Assembly (NCBI GenBank): GCA_044440125.1
Contig: JBITAJ010000028.1
Coordinates: forward strand, 128,001 to 192,000
Source: Sedimentisphaeraceae bacterium JB056
Lineage (GTDB): Bacteria > Planctomycetota > Phycisphaerae > Sedimentisphaerales > Sedimentisphaeraceae
Direction of reading: 5' to 3'
Length of the DNA stretch: 64,000 bases
In this document: piece after piece, positions 1 through 9,593 of the stretch
Layout of the letters: each line of letters begins with the position of its first letter
How positions within the stretch are numbered: position 1 is the stretch's first letter
The notes under the pieces: generated by a model
What the model saw: only the letters and a program-made list of their open reading frames with translations
Databases searched by the model: none
Told to the model about the DNA's origin: nothing
Position numbers and translations under genes: made by a program

Positions 1-1743
1 ATTGATATTAGTAATCCTGCCATGCGTATCAGTCGCAATAACTGCATCGCCGATAGATTCAAGTATCGTCTTGAAATGCTCCTTCTCGGAAGCAAGCTCA
101 ATCTGCAGAATCTTGCTCTCGGTGACATCATAACTTACTCCAAGCATTCGAGTCGGTTTTGTACACGAAGGCTGTTCCATTACGCGCCCCACTGCCTTTA
201 TCCAGACCCACTCATCCGGCTCCTTCTCAATTCGGAATACAGAAATATAGTCATCAGTCTGACCACTAATGCACCGTTGAGCATCAAGCTCTAAGGTCTC
301 AAGATCATCAGGATGAACTTTAGCAAATATTCTGTCTGCCGCAATAACTTCCTCACTGTCTTCAAATCCAAAAAGAGCTCTCCATCTCTTATCAACCGTA
401 ACCATACCCGTCTCTATATCCCAATCCCATGTACCCATTGAACCGGCATCGATGGCAAGCCTATTGCGTTCTGTTTGCTCAAAAAGCTGCTCCTGCTGCT
501 TGTACTCATCAGTGACATCACGAAAGACAAGCACTACTCCCATTATACTATCAAAAGAATCTTTTATAGGCGCAGCACTGTCTGCTATTTGATACTCACT
601 GCCATCCTTTGATATAAGTACAGTATGATTCGCAAGCCCAACAATCCATCCTGTTTCGAGTACTCTTGCAACAGGATTATCAACTTCCTGCCTTGTATAG
701 GAATTAACGATCTTGAACACTTCTTTGAGATCCTTACCCAGTGCATCAGACTCTTTCCAACCGGTAAGCTTTTCAGAAACTGCATTAAGCCTGGTAATCC
801 TGCCATGAGTATCAGTGGCAATGACGCCATCACCAATCGAGTTAAGAGTTATACGGGCATTTTCCTTTTCCTCCTCTAATTGCTCAGAAGTTTCTTGATG
901 ATGCTTTACCTCTTCAGCAAGTTTTTTATTTATATCAAATAACTCATCTCTTGATGTAGTGGTGTGTTTCAATCTTTCGATCATATCATTGATTTCTCTG
1001 GCAAGATAAGATATTTCATCTTTCTTGTCGATATTTATTTTATGATCAAGATCTCCGCCGCTTATCTTCCTAATTCCATCTATGACAAGTGAAAGCGGTC
1101 TCGTAATACTTCGGGTTATCATAATGCTTATTATAACTGCAGAAGCAGCAGCTATGATAAGGAATAAAGATGTCAGAATTATCGTATTTGTAAGAGTTTG
1201 TCTGGAATCAGCATAGAAAGCCTTGGCCTTATAAGCCGCAAACTTACTCATAATACTCATTTTTGAATTAATAAGCTCGACACAGGAATTGTTTTCTTCG
1301 TTTAAAACCCTGGCTGCCTGATTCGACTCACCCTCTTTTTTAAGTTCAACGAAATCATCAATTACAGGTTGCCATTTCTCAAAAGAATTTCGGGCATCAA
1401 TAACATCACTTTTATCGCCAAGAAAACGATCGTAAACAAGATCGAAAAGCTCTCCTATACGATCTTGGCGAGCATTTATATCTAAATAAAGAATATCTAT
1501 CTGAGACTGGTCTTGAGACAACAATATATCTCTTAAAGACGATTGTATATAAAGTATCTCGGAATTAATATCTCTTATAGCATTGCTTACATTAAGCGGA
1601 TGCTCATAAATATCGATAACTGTGTTACTGACCTTAGTAAGTTGATAGAGAGATGATGCACCGATTACCACTGTCAGCGAGATAATAATCACAAAACCAG
1701 CAATCAGCCTTAACGATATTTTGCTGTACTCCTTTGATAGCAT
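1..1743 (-). CDS. Membrane-bound multi-PAS sensor (TM-4HB sensor-TM-HAMP-PAS-PAS-PAS...), likely histidine kinase or diguanylate cyclase; 3' end lies outside window
   Basis: Missing from the ORF track because it has no stop in the window. Manual translation from ATG 1743: MLSKEYSKISLRLIAGFVIIISLTVVIG...IYEHPLNVSNA (4HB sensor), ITRSITRPL...GDLDHKI...DEISYLAREINDMIERL (HAMP), ITLNSIGDGVIATDTHGRI, GTWDWDIETG...VHPDD and TILESIGDAVIATDTHGRI (PAS). Confidence 0.85.
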   Translation of the reverse strand, partial: MLSKEYSKISLRLIAGFVIIISLTVVIGASSLYQLTKVSNTVIDIYEHPLNVSNAIRDINSEILYIQSSLRDILLSQDQSQIDILYLDINARQDRIGELFDLVYDRFLGDKSDVIDARNSFEKWQPVIDDFVELKKEGESNQAARVLNEENNSCVELINSKMSIMSKFAAYKAKAFYADSRQTLTNTIILTSLFLIIAAASAVIISIMITRSITRPLSLVIDGIRKISGGDLDHKINIDKKDEISYLAREINDMIERLKHTTTSRDELFDINKKLAEEVKHHQETSEQLEEEKENARITLNSIGDGVIATDTHGRITRLNAVSEKLTGWKESDALGKDLKEVFKIVNSYTRQEVDNPVARVLETGWIVGLANHTVLISKDGSEYQIADSAAPIKDSFDSIMGVVLVFRDVTDEYKQQEQLFEQTERNRLAIDAGSMGTWDWDIETGMVTVDKRWRALFGFEDSEEVIAADRIFAKVHPDDLETLELDAQRCISGQTDDYISVFRIEKEPDEWVWIKAVGRVMEQPSCTKPTRMLGVSYDVTESKILQIELASEKEHFKTILESIGDAVIATDTHGRITNIN

Positions 1744-1927
1744 TTCTACCCCTTAACTCTCAGAAAATGGTGCAACTGAAAGGAAAAAGCCTCATTCATA
1801 TGGTCGACAATTAACATCGTTATGGGTACATTAATTGCAAAACACAACTTACCCACTTAAGTATCTTATATAAAAATTACTATAAATACAAACAAAAAAA
1901 TAATTTTATCAGCATAGCCCCAAATTC

Positions 1928-2476
1928 TCAAAAGAGAAAAAGCCCAACATATGAGACTGTAGCAGTGCCGTTATTATATGGTATCCCGCATAATCCGAGC
2001 ATAGCATTCACATCAATACCACAGGCCTCTACTGAAGCTACAGCCTTCTCAGGAAACCTGCAAGGCTGCTTGGAAACATAGCTGCATTCTTTGCAAACAC
2101 TGCAAGCGCCTACATTTAGAGGAAACACTTCACCATATTCTTCATTTGAACGTATATATTCAAGTATCTTCTCGAAAACATCCTGATGAATCTCACGGGC
2201 CTTTCCCATACCTTCTATATCAAACGAGTCATCCATTTGGTATACAGTCTGAAAAACAACCCCTTTTTCGTACCCCTTTATCTTTGCTTTCAGGCTTTCA
2301 AGTTCACCTACTCCCGGCGGACACATCCAATTAGTATCGTATTTGCCGCAATAATTCTGTTCACACGCCAGTCGAAATCCCGGATCGAAAGATATATCCT
2401 TAGGATCTATAACACCGGAAGCTGCTGCTCCAAAGTTTTTTGCCTGAGAAGCAAGTTTCTCATATTTGTTAGCCAT
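1928..2476 (-). CDS. DUF2284-like Cys-rich metal-binding protein
   Basis: CEQNYCGKYDTNWMCPP, GACSVCKEC, PCRFPEKA..SVEACGIDV motifs. Start reassigned to MANKY (AGGAGA RBS upstream). Confidence 0.8.
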   Translation of the reverse strand: MANKYEKLASQAKNFGAAASGVIDPKDISFDPGFRLACEQNYCGKYDTNWMCPPGVGELESLKAKIKGYEKGVVFQTVYQMDDSFDIEGMGKAREIHQDVFEKILEYIRSNEEYGEVFPLNVGACSVCKECSYVSKQPCRFPEKAVASVEACGIDVNAMLGLCGIPYNNGTATVSYVGLFLF

Positions 2477-2568
2477 ATTATCTCCTCGTTTCATACAACA
2501 GGGCCTCCGAACAAATAATGTTTGACCGGAGGCCCTAATTTTCACTCTAAAAACTTGATATCAAAAAA

Positions 2569-3489
2569 TCACCCGTCAACTTTTGATTTGAAGAAATCGA
2601 TTGTCTTCTCTAAGCCAAGTTCAAAATCAGCTCCCGGCTTGAAACCTGTCGCCATCAATTTATCTACACAAGCACGGCTGTGCTTAACATCACCTGCCCT
2701 TGACGGCAGATACTCAATCTTAGAACTTGAGCCGGTATACTCAATAATCTTCTTGGCAAGCTGATTTATCGTAATCTGCCCACCGTAAGCAACATTGTAA
2801 ACACCGGTATGCTCGGTTGTTGCCAGATAGACATTCGCCGCAGCAATATCTTTGACATAAATAAAGTCACGTGTCTGCTCACCATCGCCAAAGACAGTAA
2901 TAGTCTCGTTACGGAGCGCCTTATAAACGAAGATAGGAATTGCAGCCGCATACTGACTGCCCGGATCCTGACGAGGACCAAATACATTAAAATATCTCAG
3001 GCACGCAGTATCAAGCCAGCCCTCAGATGTAAACATATTGCAGTAATACTCGCCATCAAGCTTTGTTACTGCATAAGGACTCTTAGGCTCAGGAAACATT
3101 GTCTCCAGCTTAGGCACTACAGGATTGTCGCCATAGATAGCAGCGGAAGTACTGAAACACAGTTTTTTAGCCCCTGCGTCAGCTGCTGCTCTAAGTACAT
3201 TAAGAATACCTGTAGCATTGATTTCTACACATTCTTCCGGCTTCTCCATCGATTCCGGCACACTTATCATCGCCGCAAGATGGAACACATAATCAACACC
3301 TTTGCAGGCTTGTTCGAGGATTTTCCTATCCGTAATAGAGCCTTCTATAAACTCTACATCAAACCCTTCAAGATTGTGCTTGTAGCCGCTTCTAAGATTA
3401 TCAAGAATCTTGATATTAGCATTGCCGTTAAAGTGCTCGGCAATATGACTGCCGATAAAACCGGCTCCGCCTGTTATAAGTACATTCAT
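2569..3489 (-). CDS. NAD-dependent NDP-sugar epimerase/dehydratase (extended SDR, WbpP/GalE-like)
   Basis: GGAGFIG, HLAA, YAVTK (YxxxK), LRYFNVFGPRQDP, GDGEQTRDF. Confidence 0.93.
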   Translation of the reverse strand: MNVLITGGAGFIGSHIAEHFNGNANIKILDNLRSGYKHNLEGFDVEFIEGSITDRKILEQACKGVDYVFHLAAMISVPESMEKPEECVEINATGILNVLRAAADAGAKKLCFSTSAAIYGDNPVVPKLETMFPEPKSPYAVTKLDGEYYCNMFTSEGWLDTACLRYFNVFGPRQDPGSQYAAAIPIFVYKALRNETITVFGDGEQTRDFIYVKDIAAANVYLATTEHTGVYNVAYGGQITINQLAKKIIEYTGSSSKIEYLPSRAGDVKHSRACVDKLMATGFKPGADFELGLEKTIDFFKSKVDG

Positions 3490-3596
3490 CTTTCACCTTT
3501 GTCTTTTCAAAACCCATTATCAAATTAATTAATGCACGTACAGACGGGGATTATAATGAAACAATCTTTATTTGGCAATATTTTTTGAAAATTCAA

Positions 3597-3659
3597 TAAA
3601 AAGGCTCAAGCTCACGCTGTGTCTAATAGTTGTCCATCCCAGCAGCGATCACTTGAGCA
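3597..3659 (-). terminator. Probable long-loop intrinsic terminator after the ADH gene
   Basis: Minus strand GCTCAAG...CTTGAGC stem with inner CGCTG/CAGCG pairing, followed by CTTTTT. Confidence 0.5.
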
Positions 3660-3691
3660 ATATTGAGGAACTGTTGTAAGATAGAAATCTC

Positions 3692-4906
3692 TTACTTACA
3701 GACAGGTTGCAATGAATTTCTGTATATTTTAGCTACATTTTCACGTGTCATCTCTACCGGAGAAAGTCCAAGCAGCATATCGAGTGACGGTGTTGTAAAT
3801 GCAAGCTCTGTAAGCTTTTCGATATCAGATTCTTTGAATCCGTCATCTTCGAGCTTTTCAGTAAGCCCAAGAGAGAAAAGCCATTTTTCGATTTTCTCTG
3901 CGGCTTCCTTTCCGAAACCAGCTTCAGCCTTCAATTCAGGAATAGCATCCTGGAATATATATTTCAGAGTAGCCGCTTTTGCCGGATATATCTCCTCTAC
4001 AACCGCAGGAAGCAGCATTCCAAGCCCTGCACCATGTGTAAACTCCGGATGCAAAGCACTCAACGGATGCTCAAGAGCATGAGTGATGTGCAAAAGACCG
4101 TTATCAAAACAGGCTCCGGCAATCATCGCCGCATATGTAAGCCAGTAACGAGCTGTCGTATCAGTTGGATCTTCCAATGCTGCAGGCAGATATTTCGCAA
4201 CATTCGCAATCGTCTCACGTGCCATTTCCACGGCAAGCGGCGAATTTACCTTCGTGGTAGCAGCCTCTACAACATGGTTTACAGCATCAATGGCCGTGCT
4301 TCTTGTCTGATATTCAGAAAGCGAGACCATAAGTGATGGGTCGTCAATGGAATACCATGGATATATGCAGTCATAGGCAATCGCAGGTTTATGCTCTGTC
4401 TCAGGAATAGAAGCAACCGCAAAACGGTTGGCCTCAGTACCGGTGCCATGGGTAAGATTAATCGCAACTATCGGCAACGCCCTTACCGGTGCAAACTTAC
4501 CGTTATAAAGTTCGCGTGCATTGTATCCGGTATTAGCAAGAAGTATTGCCGCACTCTTAGCCGTATCAATGGGGCTTCCGCCGCCAATTCCAAGCACCGC
4601 CTGAACACCGTTGGCCACGCCTAAAGCAGTAGCCTCATCAACTTGGTCAACTGTAGGATTAGGTTTGGCCTTGTCATACAAAAAGTAAGCTATGTCGTTA
4701 TCAGCAAAAGCCTTAACAACATAATCCCAGGCACCTGTCTTTTTGTAGGCACCTCTGCCTGTTACACATAAAACCTTACTTATACCATTTTTCTTCATCT
4801 CAGCAGCGATATCAGCAATCTTGTTTATCGCACCATTTCCAAGATATATGGTATTACGTAATCTTATTTCTGTAACGTTATTACTGTCAACTTCATTATG
4901 CCACAT
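3692..4906 (-). CDS. Iron-containing alcohol dehydrogenase (Thermoanaerobacter AdhA-like)
   Basis: GGGSPID, THGTGTE, DAVNHVVEA, HITHALEH...HGAG iron ligands. The N-terminus MWHNEVDSNNVTEIRLRN resembles the AdhA subfamily (from memory). Confidence 0.9.
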   Translation of the reverse strand: MWHNEVDSNNVTEIRLRNTIYLGNGAINKIADIAAEMKKNGISKVLCVTGRGAYKKTGAWDYVVKAFADNDIAYFLYDKAKPNPTVDQVDEATALGVANGVQAVLGIGGGSPIDTAKSAAILLANTGYNARELYNGKFAPVRALPIVAINLTHGTGTEANRFAVASIPETEHKPAIAYDCIYPWYSIDDPSLMVSLSEYQTRSTAIDAVNHVVEAATTKVNSPLAVEMARETIANVAKYLPAALEDPTDTTARYWLTYAAMIAGACFDNGLLHITHALEHPLSALHPEFTHGAGLGMLLPAVVEEIYPAKAATLKYIFQDAIPELKAEAGFGKEAAEKIEKWLFSLGLTEKLEDDGFKESDIEKLTELAFTTPSLDMLLGLSPVEMTRENVAKIYRNSLQPVCK

Positions 4907-4999
4907 AATTAAACTCCAAAAGAACATTAAAAGGCAATGTCTGTTTTTTATTGTTACGAAATATCACAAACTTTGTTCTAAATTTATCAATCTTTTCAT

Positions 5000-5040
5000 A
5001 AAAAAAAGAGCGGAAAAGCCAATCCGGCTCCACCGCTCTT
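5000..5040 (-). terminator. Intrinsic terminator of ileS
   Basis: Minus strand AAGAGCGG...CCGCTCTT stem followed by a T run. Confidence 0.8.
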
Positions 5041-5065
5041 ATAGTTTCAACACTCTAAAGCGTTA

Positions 5066-7903
5066 TTATTTCACAACTTCATAGCATCTGCTGCAAAGTT
5101 CTTCGCTTCCTTCGATCGTGCCAACGCTCTTGAGATAATTCCAGCAACGTTCACACTTCTTATTGGTTGACTTACGCGCAGTAACCTTTGTCTCGCCTTC
5201 ACCATCAGCAATTATCACCTCGCTTACAATAAACAATGCCGCAAGCTGTTCACTGCCAAGCTCGTTTATATAACCGGCAAGCTGCTGATCACCTGCAGCG
5301 ATAGTAACCTCGGCTTCCTGATTAGAGCCGATTTCCTGCTCCTGACGCAAACCTTCAAGCACTCTAAGCACCTCATCACGCAGGCTCATCAGCTTATCCC
5401 ACTTAGCCTGCTCATCAGCACTTGTAAGAGATTCATCCACCTTCGGCATTGCCGCAAGATGCACGCTTTCAACATCTTCGCTCTTATTCTTGTTAGCCGC
5501 CCACGCTTCTTCAGCGGTATGAGCCAGAACCGGAGCAACCAGACGTATAATTCCATCAAGCATTGTCTGCATAACGGTTTGAGCACTGCGTCTTGAAAGG
5601 CTGTCTGCCGCGTCGCAATAGAGCCTGTCCTTCAGTACATCCATATAGATACTGCTGAGCTGAACCGTACAGAAGTTATACACAAGGCCAAACACCCTGT
5701 GGAATGTAAAGTTCTCGTAAGCCTTGAGAACGCCTTCAACCATCTTATTATATTCAAGCAATGCCCAGCGATCAATCTGGAGCATATCATTGTAGTCAAC
5801 GCTCATAGTCTTGGCATCAAAATCGTCAACGTTACTCATCAGATAGCGAACTGTATTCCTTATCTTACGATATGCTTCCTGCATTCTGCCGATAAGTTCA
5901 TCGCTGCATCGCATATCTTCCTGATAGTTCACACTTGATACCCACAGACGCAGAATATCAGAACCATACTTATTGATCTCATCCTGTGCGTTCACATAGT
6001 TGCCCAGCGACTTAGACTGCTTCATACCCTTGGCATCAACAGTAAATCCGTGAGTAAGCACATTCTTGAACGGCGGCTTGCCCAAAGCTCCAAGAGCCGG
6101 AAGCATTGAAAGCTGGAACCAGCCGCGATGTTGATCGCTTCCCTCAAGATAGAGGTCAACCGGCACATCCCAGCCCGCATTATCGGCAACACTGTGCCAA
6201 CTACAACCAGATTCAAACCATACATCGAATATATTCTCTTCCTTGTGAAGATCATCAAAACTGAAACCTTCTGGAAGTACAAAATCCTCGCCAAGAAGCT
6301 CCTGCGGACTGTCTGTAAACCAACTGTCAGAACCCTTCTTGCCTACGTAAGCCGCTACTGCCGCTACTGATTCAGCGGTAAGAAGCGTCTTGCCTTCTGA
6401 GTTGTAGAACGCAGGGATTGGAAGTCCCCATGCTCTCTGGCGGCTTATGCACCAGTCAGGACGGCTTTCAAGCATGCCGCGAAGACGTTTTTCACCCCAC
6501 GCAGGTATCCATTTAACATCAGGAGTACTGCCTAATGCAAGCTCACGAAGCGACTTATCAAATTCCTTAGCCTTGTTATCAACGCTTACGAACCACTGCT
6601 CTGTAGCACGGAAAATAACCGGCATACGGCTGCGCCAGCAATGCGGATAACTGTGTGTAATCTCTTTTATACTGAACAACAGACCAAGAGATTCAAGCTT
6701 ATCTATAACAACCGGATCAACCTTCAGAACATTCTGACCCTTGAGGAAATCAGGCACTGTATCATCATAATCACCGTTATCAACAACCGGCGAATAAATA
6801 TCAAGACCATACTCAACACCCGCAGAATAGTCCTCAGCACCATGACCCGGAGCAGTATGCACAAGACCCGTTCCGTCCTCAGTCGTAACATACTGAGCGG
6901 TTACAACGAAGTACGCATCCTTTTCAGTCGGATTTTCTTCAACATACGGATGATTGTAGCGAAGTCTTTCAAGCTCGATACCCTTTATACGGGCATCCGA
7001 TACGGTGTATGAACCTTCCTCAAGCCCACCTGCCGCAATAACAGCTTCAAGCCTGTCAACAGCAACAATAGAAGCGAACTTTTTGCCATCCTTTTCATAT
7101 TTGAGAGCAACATACTCAAGCGAAGGATGAACCGCTACCGCAAGGTTGGCAACGAGAGTCCAAGGGGTTGTTGTCCATATCATAAAGCATGCCTGCTCAT
7201 CATCTTCAACCAAGCCTGCATCTTTAAGCTTACCCAAAGACTCATCGGCAACAGGGAAGTTCACATATATACTTGATGAGGTTACATCTTTATATTCAAG
7301 CTCGGCATCAGCAAGAGCCGTCTCACAGCCGATAGACCAGTGAATTGGCTTAAGCTGTTTATAGACAAGACCTTGTGAAACCAGCTTACCAAATACCTCA
7401 AGAATACCCTGCTCATACTGCGGGATCATTGTGAGGTATGGATTGCTGTAGTCGGCAAAGATACCAAGAGCCGCAAACTGCTTTGACTGGAGCTTTACAT
7501 ATTTTGAAGCGTACTTCTTGCAGAGGCGGCGAAGTTCGATCTTCTCCATCTCGCGAGCCTTATCGCCAAGCTCCGCCATAACCTTAACCTCAATCGGCAG
7601 ACCATGACAATCCCAACCCGGGATATAAGGTGTATCAAAGCCGTTCATTGTCTTATATTTGAGGACTATATCCTTGAGAACCTTATTAATCACGTGCCCC
7701 ATGTGAATATCGCCGTTAGCATATGGCGGACCATCATGAAGGATGTATTGAGGATTGCCTTTGCGGGCAGCCCTGATCTTACTATACATATCCGCCTTAT
7801 CCCAAGCCTTACGCTGCTGAGGCTCGCGCTGGGTCAAATTAGCCTTCATAGCAAATGAAGTTTTAGGCAGATTCAACGTCTTCTTGTAATTTTTCTCACT
7901 CAT
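5066..7903 (-). CDS. ileS: Isoleucine--tRNA ligase (type 1, C-terminal Zn finger)
   Basis: HDGPPYANG, HMGH, GWDCHGLPIE, WTTTPWT, DWCISRQR, EGSDQHRGWF, KQSKS, CERCW...CSRC. Confidence 0.98.
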   Translation of the reverse strand: MSEKNYKKTLNLPKTSFAMKANLTQREPQQRKAWDKADMYSKIRAARKGNPQYILHDGPPYANGDIHMGHVINKVLKDIVLKYKTMNGFDTPYIPGWDCHGLPIEVKVMAELGDKAREMEKIELRRLCKKYASKYVKLQSKQFAALGIFADYSNPYLTMIPQYEQGILEVFGKLVSQGLVYKQLKPIHWSIGCETALADAELEYKDVTSSSIYVNFPVADESLGKLKDAGLVEDDEQACFMIWTTTPWTLVANLAVAVHPSLEYVALKYEKDGKKFASIVAVDRLEAVIAAGGLEEGSYTVSDARIKGIELERLRYNHPYVEENPTEKDAYFVVTAQYVTTEDGTGLVHTAPGHGAEDYSAGVEYGLDIYSPVVDNGDYDDTVPDFLKGQNVLKVDPVVIDKLESLGLLFSIKEITHSYPHCWRSRMPVIFRATEQWFVSVDNKAKEFDKSLRELALGSTPDVKWIPAWGEKRLRGMLESRPDWCISRQRAWGLPIPAFYNSEGKTLLTAESVAAVAAYVGKKGSDSWFTDSPQELLGEDFVLPEGFSFDDLHKEENIFDVWFESGCSWHSVADNAGWDVPVDLYLEGSDQHRGWFQLSMLPALGALGKPPFKNVLTHGFTVDAKGMKQSKSLGNYVNAQDEINKYGSDILRLWVSSVNYQEDMRCSDELIGRMQEAYRKIRNTVRYLMSNVDDFDAKTMSVDYNDMLQIDRWALLEYNKMVEGVLKAYENFTFHRVFGLVYNFCTVQLSSIYMDVLKDRLYCDAADSLSRRSAQTVMQTMLDGIIRLVAPVLAHTAEEAWAANKNKSEDVESVHLAAMPKVDESLTSADEQAKWDKLMSLRDEVLRVLEGLRQEQEIGSNQEAEVTIAAGDQQLAGYINELGSEQLAALFIVSEVIIADGEGETKVTARKSTNKKCERCWNYLKSVGTIEGSEELCSRCYEVVK

Positions 7904-8054
7904 CGATATAAGTTCCTTTGTACCTGCTACTTACACTAAAAAACAGGTAATAGTAAATACGTGTTCATAAAAAACAACGGAAAAGATGCTCAAAACAAGG
8001 GCAAAAAACACCCCTGAAACATCAATAAACCCGAAATGATAATTATTATCGCCG

Positions 8055-8096
8055 AATTGTCAATTAAGAATTGAGAATTGTCAATTACGGATTCGC
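8055..8096. repeat. Short heptamer tandem repeat (AATTGTC/AATTAAG/AATTGAG/AATTGTC/AATTACG...)
   Basis: Five to six degenerate 7-mers read directly. Confidence 0.7.
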
Positions 8097-8104
8097 CAAT
8101 ATAT

Positions 8105-8179
8105 CCCGCTCCTTACCGGTCGCGGTACTGTTTATTCGCTGCCCAAGCCCTGTAGGTACCGCGACTGGTAAGGAGCGGG
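8105..8179. repeat. REP-like inverted pair (24-bp arms)
   Basis: CCCGCTCCTTACCGGTCGCGGTAC (8105-8128) and GTACCGCGACTGGTAAGGAGCGGG (8156-8179), 1 mismatch. Right arm is preceded by GTAG. Confidence 0.8.
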
Positions 8180-8185
8180 CAAAAA

Positions 8186-8863
8186 CTAATCCTGCGGGAG
8201 TTTGGCCAAGTCTGAGTCTGAACCGGCTACCATCAGAATATCATTCTCGTATATAACGGTTTGCGGCATGGGCACATTTATCACTTTGCCGCTATCCTCA
8301 CCGGCAACTTCGCCACGTTTGATCGCCACAAGGTTGACGTTGTATTTCTGTCGAAGCTGAATATCAACAAGCGTCTTACCGTTAAAGCTTGCCGGAGATT
8401 TCACTCTTGCAAGGCTGTAACCAGGTGCAAAATCAATCTTTTCACCTATCTGAGGAGCGATAAGCTTATATGCCCATCTCTGAGCCGACTCTATTTCAGG
8501 ATAGATAACCTGCGTAGCACCAACAGCCTCAAACACCTGTCCGGCAATTTCCTGTTCGGCTCGTGCATATATATTCGGAATACCGAAATTCTTGAGATTC
8601 ACAACGGTAAGCACTGCCGCCTCAAAGCCACCTTTGCCCTGTCCGATACCGACAATCGCCATATCAACCTTGTCAACTCCCTGAGCACGCAAGGCATTTT
8701 CATCGGTACTGTCGAGACGCACTGCAAGACTCACCTGATCACGGATCAGCTCGATCTCTTCGCGATTTATATCAATAGCGATAACTTCCGCACCGCTCAT
8801 AGATAATGCTATAGCCAACTTCTGCCCAAAACGTCCAAGACCTATAACCGCAAATCTCTTCAT
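8186..8863 (-). CDS. KtrA/TrkA-family K+ uptake regulatory subunit (RCK_N + RCK_C)
   Basis: FAVIGLGRFG, GVDKVDMAIVGIG, C-terminal LRQKYNVNLVAIKR...DILMVAG. Confidence 0.92.
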   Translation of the reverse strand: MKRFAVIGLGRFGQKLAIALSMSGAEVIAIDINREEIELIRDQVSLAVRLDSTDENALRAQGVDKVDMAIVGIGQGKGGFEAAVLTVVNLKNFGIPNIYARAEQEIAGQVFEAVGATQVIYPEIESAQRWAYKLIAPQIGEKIDFAPGYSLARVKSPASFNGKTLVDIQLRQKYNVNLVAIKRGEVAGEDSGKVINVPMPQTVIYENDILMVAGSDSDLAKLPQD

Positions 8864-8951
8864 TTCGTAATCCTGTTTTAATTATTCCTTTACCCGCTCA
8901 CCTTCCAGCCAGCGGTACTTTTGTCTCACATCTTTTTAACAGCCGAGAAAC

Positions 8952-8977
8952 GGGCGAAAACATTGTTTCGCCCCTAC
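8952..8977 (-). repeat. GTAG-type REP-like palindrome
   Basis: Minus strand GTAG-GGGCGAAA-CAATGT-TTTCGCCC. Confidence 0.65.
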
Positions 8978-8998
8978 TGCCTTATGCCTATTCTATTC

Positions 8999-9541
8999 CT
9001 AAATTTTCTCAATCATAGAGCTGTCAAGCTCCATTTCAACGCCCTTGCCAAGGACACTGACTTCCAGCACGACTTTCGCCTTATTCTGGAGATGTTCAAC
9101 AACAACGCCTTCAGTACCCAGCATAACACCGCTTACGACCCTGCAACTCTGACCGATAGGCAAGCTTTCAACAGTGCTTAGCGTCATGTCATTCTTAATC
9201 GCAGCCTCTATTGCTGATAGTTCCGAAACAAACCGTTCTCTTTCAACAACATCCATAATCGACGCAATTCGGTTAGTCCTGAAAACCTTCGTCTTTATCT
9301 CCGGATCTGCAGAACAGAAAAAAACGTACGAAGTAAACAAAGGCAACACAGACTTACGCTTTTTGCCGCTGGAAACATACACTTTCTCACGCATAGGTAG
9401 AAAATAGTTCACACCCATACACCGCAAATCCTCGGCAAAGGACTTCTCAAAGCGCGACTTGGTATGAGCGACATACCAATCACCTTCAAACTCGGCAATG
9501 CTGTCAAATCCAGGTGTTATCATCGGTGGTGAGGGCTTCAT
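8999..9541 (-). CDS. NusG paralog, UpxY/RfaH/LoaP-type transcription antiterminator
   Basis: WYVAHTKSRFEK, FLPM...PLFTSYVF (NGN domain), GQSCRVVSGVMLGTEG (KOW). Confidence 0.88.
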   Translation of the reverse strand: MKPSPPMITPGFDSIAEFEGDWYVAHTKSRFEKSFAEDLRCMGVNYFLPMREKVYVSSGKKRKSVLPLFTSYVFFCSADPEIKTKVFRTNRIASIMDVVERERFVSELSAIEAAIKNDMTLSTVESLPIGQSCRVVSGVMLGTEGVVVEHLQNKAKVVLEVSVLGKGVEMELDSSMIEKI

Positions 9542-9593
9542 AAATTTCAAATCTCAAATAGACTGCTAATTACTAATCGCTTATCGCTATTAG

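Noticed and set aside
2809..3528. 239-aa plus-strand ORF, and similar antisense ORFs over ktrA, icd, sulP and the catabolic genes
   Set aside because: They overlap well-supported genes on the opposite strand and lack protein-like motifs.
8965..8985. ops-like GGCAGTAG downstream of the NusG paralog
   Set aside because: Imperfect match, better explained as the GTAG end of a REP palindrome.
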